From positions 1-64,000 of IMG/VR virus record IMGVR_UViG_3300028048_000080: DNA of 64,000 nt; one strand, given 5' to 3'. A model generated the notes under the pieces. It was not told the origin of the DNA, ran no database searches, and was given only the letters and a program-made list of their open reading frames with translations. The translations under genes were made by a program, and so were the position numbers. The DNA is from a virus (Duplodnaviria; Caudoviricetes). Shown here piece after piece: positions 18,682 to 28,600 of the stretch (position 1 is its first letter; each line of letters begins with the position of its first letter).

Positions 18682-18728
18682 CTATATGTCACGTCCTTTT
18701 TAGGTTTCGACTAATTACTACAATATTT

Positions 18729-18734
18729 ATTACC
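18729..18734 (-). promoter_or_regulatory. putative late promoter core GGTAAT
   Basis: GGTAATAAATATTGTAG upstream of the fibre cassette. Confidence 0.6.
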
Positions 18735-18761
18735 CTGCGCGGTTTTCTTTTTTGCAAAATG

Positions 18762-18785
18762 AAAAACCACCCGACAGGGGTGGTT
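18762..18785 (-). terminator. intrinsic terminator
   Basis: AACCACCC-N5-GGGTGGTTTTT directly after the holin-like gene. Confidence 0.8.
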
Positions 18786-18790
18786 CGTCA

Positions 18791-19138
18791 TCACTTATTA
18801 GGGACCAACTCGAAGGTTTTGAAGTCTTCAAAAATCTCCGTGGCCATGCCATTACCGCCTAGATTGTGATAGGCTTCGTACATGCGTTCCATGGCATGAG
18901 CCTCATTGTAAGTCCTCTTACGTCCATTTGTGCGGCATTTGTCATGCAACTGCATTATGCTTATACGCAGAAGACTTTGTATGCCGAGTTCCATGGCCGC
19001 TGCCTGTTGTTGCACTTTTTGCGCGGCTTCTTCCTGTTCTTCTGCCCGCTTACTCATCTTTCTCTTTAAGTACGCTGTAGCGAGAGTGAATATGGCCGAT
19101 AAGGCAAGGAGCACTGTCTGCACCAGGAGTGTATCCAT
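18791..19138 (-). CDS. holin-like membrane protein, 115 aa
   Basis: One N-terminal TM helix followed by a basic patch, and a C-terminal YEAYHNLGGNG motif seen in small lysis-module proteins of Bacillota phages; AAAGGAG SD. Confidence 0.6.
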   Translation of the reverse strand: MDTLLVQTVLLALSAIFTLATAYLKRKMSKRAEEQEEAAQKVQQQAAAMELGIQSLLRISIMQLHDKCRTNGRKRTYNEAHAMERMYEAYHNLGGNGMATEIFEDFKTFELVPNK

Positions 19139-19195
19139 ACACTGCTCTCCTTTCTATTGTTTAGCGCTGTTGCACGCTATATTCTACGTAGATTC

Positions 19196-19201
19196 ATTAC
19201 C
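19196..19201 (-). promoter_or_regulatory. putative late promoter core GGTAAT
   Basis: GGTAATGAATCTACGTAG upstream of the holin-like gene. Confidence 0.55.
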
Positions 19202-19252
19202 TTGGAGATAGAGAGCTCATACTGTACAGAATGTATTACTATTGTGTAAAAT

Positions 19253-19705
19253 TTAGGTAAGAATGACTTCGACGAAAAGATTCTTCAGATCGTTTTCTTT
19301 TAATCGGGCGTCTTCCGGAATCTTAATGGTTAAGACGAAATCTTTATAATTGGCCGCGTTATCGGCAGTAAGGCCGTTATTGGCTTTGCCGGAAATCTGT
19401 ACGCCGCTGGCGGGGACGAATAGGAGACGCCCACTGGTTATCTGTCCGCTAAGAGGAATACCATTCATCCTCATAGAGCAGAACTGTAAGAGAGAGGTGT
19501 CTTCTAAGCTACCGAAAGATAGACGAAGGGCAAAGTGCTTAAGGTCCGGCACTTCCTCTTGACCGTAGCGGTTATTCCATAAACGTAGGGATACTTCCAG
19601 CTCTTTTAAGGAAGAAGCTGTGCCGAGATACTTTTCGTCGGCGGGCGTATATTCAATTTCCTTCGGCATTTTTACGTACCAAGTAAGAACGGGTTGTTTA
19701 ATCAT
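19253..19705 (-). CDS. hypothetical structural protein (beta-rich), 150 aa
   Basis: GGAG SD, 3-nt gap to the upstream gene. Confidence 0.7.
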   Translation of the reverse strand: MIKQPVLTWYVKMPKEIEYTPADEKYLGTASSLKELEVSLRLWNNRYGQEEVPDLKHFALRLSFGSLEDTSLLQFCSMRMNGIPLSGQITSGRLLFVPASGVQISGKANNGLTADNAANYKDFVLTIKIPEDARLKENDLKNLFVEVILT

Positions 19706-19708
19706 AAC

Positions 19709-21709
19709 TTAAACTCCAATCGTAAAGCCGGTTACGCATATGGTGTTGCCCGAAGACAAGTATTCAGTGGCAAGGTCTATGCGCGCGCCTTGGTTGGTAT
19801 TGGCGATGGCGTAGTCAACGCCTTTAATTAAGATACGGCTATCATCTTCCGAGATAAGAAATACCTGTAGGAAATCTTTATCGGTAAATCCAGCTATAGG
19901 CGTGACGTTAGTGGCCGGCATAGTCTGGCAGCATTGTTTACTGCCCATTAAGCGTTTCTTTATCTCGGCGTCCAGATGCTTCATTTTAATCGCTCCGTCA
20001 GTCATTTGCTTATTAGCCAAAGTGTTAAATTTACTCTGGAGGAGAGAAAGTTGCTGGGTAAAATTAGTAAGCTGAGAACTGATATTGGTATCCATAGTAT
20101 CTACGTCAGTTCTAAGCTGTTGAGTATCCCCTTGGAGACTAGTGATGTCATCGCGGATATCATTAAGCAGTAAGGCCACCTGGTCATAGCTCCAGATATG
20201 CTTGGAGATTTTGTGATCAACCAATTGTCCAGCCTTAAGCTTTTTCTTAATGACGAAGTAATGGCTCATAAGAGAACCGGTAGCTACTTCACTATCCGTA
20301 GGTACGCTGGTGTCTTCTTTTAATTCTTCAAACTCTACACCAGGAACCAGGCGAATGCCGTCTACCCAGCATTCAAGCTGATTAGCCCCGATAACGTACG
20401 GGTATTCCGTCTTATATATTTGCCGCGAGTTAGCGTTAGTCTGATAAGCGTGATTTTCTACGACGAAGATGGCGGCGCGCTGAAATACTTCGCGCAAGGG
20501 GGAAGTTCTAACCTGATGATTTACCGTCACCTGCAGGTAGGTCGGTCTATCCATCGGTTCTATTAACCTAAAGCCGATACCCTGTGCCATATACCCGGGA
20601 GCACCATTATGCGCCGTAGACACGATTTCAGTGAACTGATCTTTCATAAAAACGGCGTTATCCATATATATTTCTAAAGCATTGGTGTTAGGTACAAAGT
20701 GAAGATTAACGTCGTCTTTGCCAAAAATGAAAGTCTGGCGGTCGGCGGGCCAATCTTCTGGCGCCCATATTTTAGTCTCCCTTACGGTGATGGTAGAAAA
20801 GTCGTTCACGGGATACCAACCCATCTTGCCGTTTTTGAATCGATAGATGAGAAGCGTTTCGTGTTCCTTGTCATACCACATATCATCTTCCTGAGGATCT
20901 GCCGGTTCCTGGAAATAGATAACGCGTGGTTCACGGTATTCTTTTCCGTAGATAAACAAACGGTCATCGTCAGACATATAGAGAGGGCGATAAGTACGGT
21001 GGTTGGTATATACGATGGCACGTACGTGGTCTTCTACTGCCCAGTGAACTACGCCTACCATCATATAATTTTCATCGCCACCGTTATAGTCCGTGATGTC
21101 TACGTGGGCAGGGTTCTTAGAAACGATGCTACGCTCATAACGGTAAGTGCCGTCCTCGTGAATTAGTATAGCATCTACCCTGTCTCCCGCTACGTAATAC
21201 TTGAACGACAATTCTTTACCGAACCAGTACGCGGCGTTATTAATGTGCACCTTATTCTCCGATAATTGAATATAAGGAACCGTGCGATTTTCAAGTTCGC
21301 AGGTAATGGCGAATTCATCGCGCGGCGGCAGAACCTTGTCAAACGGCGGTATATATTTAACGTGGCCGTATTTAGTGGGAGAATACGGTGCATCCGATAA
21401 AGTGATGATACCATCGGCCGGACAAATAATACGTTCTTCGCGTGTAACGTAGTCCGGCGCGCCGGCCGAGAACGTCGTTTTAGGAATAATAAGTTCGTCG
21501 CCCTGACGGTTAATCAAGACGCCGTCATCTATAGTAACGTGAAAATCTTCTACGTTGGGCGAAATATCGAAACCTTCTACGATGCCGTAGCCGCCGATTC
21601 TGCGGCGTTCTCTTTTTAGAGCATCGTTCATTACGTTAAAGTTATAGTTAATATCTCTGGCTTTTATGCCCGGAGTGAAATCCAGTTTAGTTAACTTATT
21701 GTTAATCAT
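19709..21709 (-). CDS. putative baseplate/tail-fibre attachment protein, 666 aa
   Basis: N-terminal GYGIVEGFDI...VTIDDGVLINRQG is typical of fibre/baseplate-attachment N-termini; coiled coil near the C-terminus. Confidence 0.6.
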   Translation of the reverse strand: MINNKLTKLDFTPGIKARDINYNFNVMNDALKRERRRIGGYGIVEGFDISPNVEDFHVTIDDGVLINRQGDELIIPKTTFSAGAPDYVTREERIICPADGIITLSDAPYSPTKYGHVKYIPPFDKVLPPRDEFAITCELENRTVPYIQLSENKVHINNAAYWFGKELSFKYYVAGDRVDAILIHEDGTYRYERSIVSKNPAHVDITDYNGGDENYMMVGVVHWAVEDHVRAIVYTNHRTYRPLYMSDDDRLFIYGKEYREPRVIYFQEPADPQEDDMWYDKEHETLLIYRFKNGKMGWYPVNDFSTITVRETKIWAPEDWPADRQTFIFGKDDVNLHFVPNTNALEIYMDNAVFMKDQFTEIVSTAHNGAPGYMAQGIGFRLIEPMDRPTYLQVTVNHQVRTSPLREVFQRAAIFVVENHAYQTNANSRQIYKTEYPYVIGANQLECWVDGIRLVPGVEFEELKEDTSVPTDSEVATGSLMSHYFVIKKKLKAGQLVDHKISKHIWSYDQVALLLNDIRDDITSLQGDTQQLRTDVDTMDTNISSQLTNFTQQLSLLQSKFNTLANKQMTDGAIKMKHLDAEIKKRLMGSKQCCQTMPATNVTPIAGFTDKDFLQVFLISEDDSRILIKGVDYAIANTNQGARIDLATEYLSSGNTICVTGFTIGV

Positions 21710-21724
21710 TATTGTTGACTACCT

Positions 21725-23485
21725 CTATTCAAACAGGATGACAGGATATTCTCCTGCGGCAATATGTTCTTTAACAGCCTTAGTTATGATCTCCTCGTAA
21801 GCTATCAACCGTTTAGGAAGTCTTATAATAAGAGTTGAACCAAGGCGGTAAGGGCGGCCGATAATGTTGCCGATATCGATGCAATCATAGTTATTTTCTT
21901 CTTTAATGGGAACGCCGCCGCCATATACTCTAGTATCTATAACCTGAGGTTTTTGTTTAATGCTTATGTGTACGTCGGCTATTAAATAGCCGTGAACACT
22001 CATGCTGTATAGGTTCTTTTCCACCAGCTTCGGAACGCTAGTTCCATCCGGCGTACATCCTCTTACGCATATGCACCATTCTTTATTAGGATTAGGAATA
22101 GATAAGGTAACTTCTTTCGGCACGTATATGTGTTTAATGGAATCCATTAGAGGCCTTACGGTAACGGTAAAGTTGCTCCCATTGTTTTGCCCCGACAGAT
22201 TGGCCCGCGACTTAAGCTTATATACTTCTTCAGGCTTATAGATAAGCACCGTACCTTTAGTAGTGATATACGATATAGCGCCGCCAGGCTTCTTAGGATC
22301 AACCTCTGCCTTATTCCCCTTACGAAAGAACAATGTTTTGTCGGGAGTTATCTTAACGCAGGATATGTTAGGCGTAGTACTGGATATGGATAAAATATCG
22401 TACTCATCGTTCAGGTCGAAATTCGGCGTGTAGAGCATCTTATTAAGATTGATGGTATTATGATAAGCGTTAAGAGGCATGAAATTATAAGCCATATTAT
22501 CCGCCAATTCATTGGTGATCCATGTTTCGTCCGACAAAGCTTCTTGATATCCGTTTAAGAATATATACATTAAGACATCATAAATAATTTTAACGTTAGA
22601 TGCCGTATCCTTTAAAAACTCCGACGGGGTTACTATGATATATCCGGCATTAGGCTTATGCATGATAAGCACGTCTTCGTAGGGGAAAGAATATTCGTAG
22701 GCCGACCGAAGATAAGATTGATGCTCCAGCTTCTCGTCTGGATCGAATATCCTAACGGGAGATTTCTTACGTTCCGTAGGCTTATAAAAAGAGTTAAGGA
22801 TGCTACCTTCTTTTTGCGCCGCGAAATCGCTGGGCGGCGGCATCAACAAATCATCGAATTCGTCGACCGACAACCATACGTTAATATGCTTGTCTATAGC
22901 TTCGTATACCGTATTTCGTACATCGAAGCCATCAGCAGAACGAATAAACAAGAAGTCTAGATTGTCTATCTTAGTGGCAAGTAGTGATTGAATAATCTTG
23001 TCGCCGTTATTGACGGTAATATTGCCGGGGCACAAACCTCGTTTATTGGCATCGCCGAAAGCGGTCATAATGGATGAAGAAAAAGTAAGCTGATTCCCTG
23101 TTTCTATGACACCCACTCTCATATTGTAATGGTTATCGCTCTTGTAACGCATGCGGCGTTTGATAAGAGCTTGGGCGCGAAAGTAGGCAGGCTCAAATTC
23201 GGTACAGCCAGACGGCTCGTAAATATAAGTCGCGCCGTCTCGCTTATACCGTATGTTCTTTAACAGCTTCTTGTTATCGTCGAAGAGCAGGATGTCTTTG
23301 TCGCGAAACGTATCGTAAGCAAATACCTGTTCTCTTACGTCAGCGCTAAAGTCTTTATTTAGAGTGAAGGAGATGTCGTATGAAGCGTCCGTAGTATCCA
23401 CGTAGCCGATCGGAATATCTTTGGCGTCGAAACGTTCTACGTCTTTTAGGTTGTGCTGCGGTAGATTAATCTTCATCTTCATCAT
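21725..23485 (-). CDS. putative baseplate structural protein, about 586 aa
   Basis: Long ORF with AGGAGG SD (true start may be 23482 or 23476); located in the baseplate cluster. Confidence 0.65.
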   Translation of the reverse strand: MMKMKINLPQHNLKDVERFDAKDIPIGYVDTTDASYDISFTLNKDFSADVREQVFAYDTFRDKDILLFDDNKKLLKNIRYKRDGATYIYEPSGCTEFEPAYFRAQALIKRRMRYKSDNHYNMRVGVIETGNQLTFSSSIMTAFGDANKRGLCPGNITVNNGDKIIQSLLATKIDNLDFLFIRSADGFDVRNTVYEAIDKHINVWLSVDEFDDLLMPPPSDFAAQKEGSILNSFYKPTERKKSPVRIFDPDEKLEHQSYLRSAYEYSFPYEDVLIMHKPNAGYIIVTPSEFLKDTASNVKIIYDVLMYIFLNGYQEALSDETWITNELADNMAYNFMPLNAYHNTINLNKMLYTPNFDLNDEYDILSISSTTPNISCVKITPDKTLFFRKGNKAEVDPKKPGGAISYITTKGTVLIYKPEEVYKLKSRANLSGQNNGSNFTVTVRPLMDSIKHIYVPKEVTLSIPNPNKEWCICVRGCTPDGTSVPKLVEKNLYSMSVHGYLIADVHISIKQKPQVIDTRVYGGGVPIKEENNYDCIDIGNIIGRPYRLGSTLIIRLPKRLIAYEEIITKAVKEHIAAGEYPVILFE

Positions 23486-25625
23486 CCTCCTTTCTCCTGA
23501 GCACTATATACTTATTAACGTCGGGAAGCATCTCGGTATAGAGATACTGATAAATACCTCCGTCTTCATGGCTGTCGTAATGAACTTGAATCTCTTTAGC
23601 GTCAGTAGCTATGTCGAGTTCGTACTGTCCGATTTCGGGGCGATAATTAATCGCGCAGCTATCGGCTTTTAAGTAATCCACTATATATGATTGGTATTTA
23701 CCGTATAAATCTTTCTTTAACCGTATCTGATTCATTAAGAAGTTAACGGAGAAAGATAATACCGGCAACTGTTCGTACGTATCGGCGTAGTAGTCGATAG
23801 AATTAATCATGCCGCCGTCAGGGATACGGTATAGACAATCTTCTCTTACCTTGGCGCCCACGGGGATGCCGTAAATAATCACTTCGCCGTTGCCCTTATC
23901 AATATTCTTGGAAAGATTGAGTACCAGCTGGTTACCGTCAAATATCTCTCGCTCGTAATTGGTAAACTCGTAATTGTAGTCATCCAGTGAATCATACTGG
24001 AGAGCTAGATAATCATAAGCTTTCCTTACTCTATCCGATACGGTAAAAAATCTACCGCTAAAGCTAAATTCATCTTCGGGGATAGATAAGTATGCCGTAG
24101 CCGCTTTATTTATATCTCCCGTATTGCGGTTAATTTTGGCGCCACTCGGCACACCGTATAAATTTACGCTGTGTGCGTTGACGGGAAGCTCCTCGCGAAT
24201 GAATAATGGTTGAGACTGAGAGAACAGTTCGATTTTCTTCTGCGGAGTAACAACTTCTCTATACGCCGCCGAGATATCGAATGGCTCTTGCTCGCCCTTA
24301 CGGGTAACGATGATGGGGCTTTCGATATGTTTAGGAACATAATGCTTAAAGGTTTTCTGGACGATAACATTAAAAGTAGAGCCATCTTGATTAGTGAGAA
24401 TAAGTTTGGTCATAGTCATCGTCATATTCTGCATTAGGACGATGGTATTATTATCCGCCGCGGCAAGTTCTATCGTGCCGTTATAAATATCCGTGCCATC
24501 TTCATCTTTAATAGCCAACGTCATCGTATCTACGTCTAAAACGTAATCGTAGGTACGGTTCTTAAATAGGTTGAGACTTTCCATCGTGTAACGTTTGTTA
24601 TGGGTAGCGATGACAGCGTACGGGCAAGGCTTAGATAAATCCAACCATTCTGGGCACCCCTTGACAACGGCAGTCCATTCGACTTTCTTTAATCCGTCGA
24701 GATGTAGTATGATTTCGCTGCCCTCTTGATAGTAAGGTTCGTCTTCCGTTTCTACGAACTCGGAAAACTCGTCATCCACCAAACAGAGGTCTTTTATCTT
24801 GCCATTATGCCCCTTAAGCTTTAACGTGACGACCTTGTCGCTGGTGATATGGATTTTGTTGCCATCCATCAGAATATTTTTCTTATCGTCTTCCAGCTCT
24901 TCTTCTCCCTTACCTTCGGGAAGAGTCCAGAACATATAAGGTTTAATATCAAACTGGTCGTTCACGGGTTCTGTTTCGTACTTTAGCCAGTAAGTGCCGG
25001 CCTTTAACTTAATATCCGGCTGTTCTACTTCAGCTACGTGCTCACAGTTCTCGATAGTAATGGTGTTATCCTTGAAGGATATTCGGCCGCCGATAGTGTT
25101 AGCGGTAGATACGCGCCAATGTGTGGGAAGCGACCCGTAAAAGCCGAGCGACCGGATAATGTTGCCCGCATTACTGTAGAAGCCTATGCGATAACTTTGG
25201 AACGGAGTCTTGATTTTATACTCACCGAGCACGCGTTCGATAGCCTCGTGTTGCTTATTGAACGCATGGTAAATGAGCTTAATCTTCTTCTTTACCAGCT
25301 CGAAAGTAAGATGGGCGTTTTCTACGCCAGGCTCGAAAAGGCAGCTATTGGAAAGTGTCTGATTCTGCTTACCTAGCAGCTTCTCATATACGGAAAATAC
25401 GTTGACGCCAACTTTGAAGAGGTAAGCGTTGCTGTCTTGAGTAGGCGGCCCAATAAGATTTTCTTCGATGATGGCGATACCGAATCCTGGCATAACGTAG
25501 TCAATATTCAGTTCTATTCTTTGGTCGCCAGAGAAGCTATAAGAAGAACAGAGGATATCCTGTTCATAGAACTGAATACCCTCTGTGACCTTCTGGACGC
25601 GACCGTTCGTATCAAAGACGAACAC
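23466..25625 (-). CDS. putative baseplate structural protein, 719 aa
   Basis: GTG start overlapping the upstream stop, GAGGTG SD; beta-rich. Confidence 0.65.
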   Translation of the reverse strand: MFVFDTNGRVQKVTEGIQFYEQDILCSSYSFSGDQRIELNIDYVMPGFGIAIIEENLIGPPTQDSNAYLFKVGVNVFSVYEKLLGKQNQTLSNSCLFEPGVENAHLTFELVKKKIKLIYHAFNKQHEAIERVLGEYKIKTPFQSYRIGFYSNAGNIIRSLGFYGSLPTHWRVSTANTIGGRISFKDNTITIENCEHVAEVEQPDIKLKAGTYWLKYETEPVNDQFDIKPYMFWTLPEGKGEEELEDDKKNILMDGNKIHITSDKVVTLKLKGHNGKIKDLCLVDDEFSEFVETEDEPYYQEGSEIILHLDGLKKVEWTAVVKGCPEWLDLSKPCPYAVIATHNKRYTMESLNLFKNRTYDYVLDVDTMTLAIKDEDGTDIYNGTIELAAADNNTIVLMQNMTMTMTKLILTNQDGSTFNVIVQKTFKHYVPKHIESPIIVTRKGEQEPFDISAAYREVVTPQKKIELFSQSQPLFIREELPVNAHSVNLYGVPSGAKINRNTGDINKAATAYLSIPEDEFSFSGRFFTVSDRVRKAYDYLALQYDSLDDYNYEFTNYEREIFDGNQLVLNLSKNIDKGNGEVIIYGIPVGAKVREDCLYRIPDGGMINSIDYYADTYEQLPVLSFSVNFLMNQIRLKKDLYGKYQSYIVDYLKADSCAINYRPEIGQYELDIATDAKEIQVHYDSHEDGGIYQYLYTEMLPDVNKYIVLRRKEDDEDED

Positions 25626-28600
25626 TAAATCACCTCAAATAAAAAGTTGTTTATTTTCGCGCTTGCGTCCATATCCGAAATCTCTATCTTAAATTGGAAA
25701 AATCTGTAATCATAAAAATCATGAGAGCTTACGCAGTTGAGTTCACTATCCATTTCACATGGATACCAGGATGTCCATACCGCATGGTCACCATCCTGTC
25801 TTAAGCCGCGTATCATCACATGGATATTTTCCGGATGTGTCACAGAGTCCGCATCGATGCGCCCAAGCCGATAGTTGCTGGTCGTTACGAGGTCGTAGAC
25901 CTTGGAAGTCATAGTACCTTGCAGTGACTCTGAAACATGCAACGTTTGGTTTTTCTTTTCGACGTATCTCGCGTATATCTCTATGCTATTTATTACTCTC
26001 GCGGGCGGCATTTCTACTACAATCTGTATATAGGCTGATAAGGCTGTCGCAGGAATGGAAACCAGGTTAGCCTTGCGTTGATAGAATATTTCTTTCGCGC
26101 CGTGGCCATACATGTCGCTGGCGGTAAAAACGCGGATATCAAAATCCTTCAGCTCTTTTAACAGCACGTCATTTACTTTTACGAAGATGACATCCGCGCT
26201 GGAAATGCTCGGCAAATACTTCCATGGAGTCTTGATAGTGCCCCGCTCACTGCCGGAATAAAAAGCTCCCTTACGTTGGTTCACTCGATAACATACGGTA
26301 CGTTCTATAGAATCCTTAAAGTCCACCAGCTTGGTTACGCCCCAATCAACCGTAGCTCCAGTTTCCAGCACGCCACCATCGGAGATTTCCAATCCATCGA
26401 ACTGGTTGCCTTCAGCGGTAAAGTTAACGGGGATAACTGTTGCTCGGGGAATATTTTCCTTTATATCGAAGCCGATAACCGAGATGCTCTTGGAGTGAAC
26501 GTTCTCCAGATAGGGTTCCTTATCCAAATCTTTACGGATAATGATATCGTCAATAACACCGTCGCCGGAAACGCATAAGTATAGGCGGCGCTCATCCACG
26601 TTCTCGAATTTGTAGGAACGTATCTTGCCGTCAATAGCACATTCATCTAACATTTCACAGTAGATAGATTTGCGCATTGAATCGTCGTCGGCGTATACTT
26701 CACGCATAATATAAACTTTTAATGATGCGTCGGCATAGAACGTGAGGTAAGAACCTTCTTCTACCTGATCGGAGATATTAAGCAAGGCATAAGCCCCAAC
26801 TTCGTTGGAGTGAAATTGGATACCCAAACCGTTAAGGCCGGAAACTAATTTAATGTCCATGTTGAAATCATGCCACTGCTGATAAGACTCGCAGGCGGTA
26901 ATAGCACGCACATCCGATATACCTTCGATACGTTCTTGATGATCGTGACAGTCGATATGGCACATCTTCTCCAAGAACTTGCCGTTATTCATATTGGTAT
27001 CCAATAGGTAATTGCCTGATTCCCGAATGCCGAATAACGAGCCTGAATTCTTCTGAATACGTTCAAGCTCCACGTTCTTCATTTGATTAGCTTCTTCGTC
27101 GAAATCGTGCTCAAAGAGATAGTACTCTTTATCCTGGTCGTAATAGTATCCGGAATGAACCATTACGCCGGAAGAACAAGATTGTCTCTGCACGGTTACG
27201 CGGGCCTTATCGATTACGGCGCGGAAGTTATCGTTGGAGCAACGGATAATAATGCGGTCAGGTTTCATGCCGCCGATAATAATATCACGGGAATCGCCGT
27301 GGCGCATGTTCTTAATCGTCATGGGACGTTCAAGCATCGGTTCATAAGCGTCTACCGAATAGCCTACCAGCTCGTAGAGAGATGATAAATCTTTAAATTC
27401 CAATGAATCTGGACGAGAATACCGATAGATAATATTAGCTTCTGCGCCGACCTTCTCACTCATATTGTGCCATACGATAATACCGGCGTCATCGATAAGC
27501 TGATATCTGCTTTCAGGAATGATATTGCCGCCTATTTCTATAGACAAGATTTCCTGGATATTGGAATACCATAGTTTATTAAAACCATCTATAGCTACCG
27601 TCAGCTTTTCTTGTACGGTTTCGCTACGGTAGCTTATCTTCATATCGTCGGGCGGCGTAACCAAGTAGCGCGCCAAATCATATGTCTCGTTCTTTCTCTC
27701 ATAGGTATCTTTAAGCTTAATAGCATTAGACAGAGAGAACGTTTCGTCTATGCTGTCAAAGTCAAGCTGATAAGCATCCGTGTTGCCGAAAGAGAAGTCG
27801 TACTCGACGTGTATACCGTTATGGTTGTCTCCTAAAGCCCAGTCGCGGAAAGTCATTCCATTGGCGCCGACATAGGAAAATTGCGCCGAAGCTTTAGTGC
27901 TCTGCGTATTAACTTCCATGATGCGGTAGAACAAGAGCTCGTTCAAATTAACGGCAGGAGAAAATGTGTTGACTATAGCTACGTTGTCTACGGGAGACTG
28001 CATCATGGATACTGAATTGTAAGCTACATAATCCTTGGCGTCCGTATTCTTGATGTAGGCATATTCAAAAGAACCCGTCTCGGCGACATTACTAATGTTT
28101 TCTACGCCTTTAGCATTGTCCATTACGAAAGCCGCCTTAGTTCCTTTAGGCAAACCGTCAAATTCTACTTGGTCGGTTTCGTAGGGGAACATGCTTCTAT
28201 CGCATTTTACCAGTGAGGTATTGCCGTTGACATCCATCACGATGAAGCTGCGAGCATTGCCAGCTACGTACAGTTTCTCGTTAGGCTGGATATTCAAAAA
28301 ATCTCGTAAAGAGGTGGACATTTTGTCCTTCAGTACTTTGCCGATGATTTCTACTGATTCAATCTCTTCGCCGGGCTTCAAAGTAATCGCGCCGCGTTTC
28401 ATGCCACGGTAAGCAATACTTTCAATCACTTTACTGGAATCGTGAATAGACAAGAAGCTATTAACGTTCACCACCAACGAGGTATTATGGTTAGTATCGT
28501 TCCTGTAAGAAGTTCGAGTGGAATAATTATTGCTTATCAGCTGTCCATTTTTATAGAGTTTGATATGGCAGTTGGTATCGATGCTCAATCGCCCATTCTT

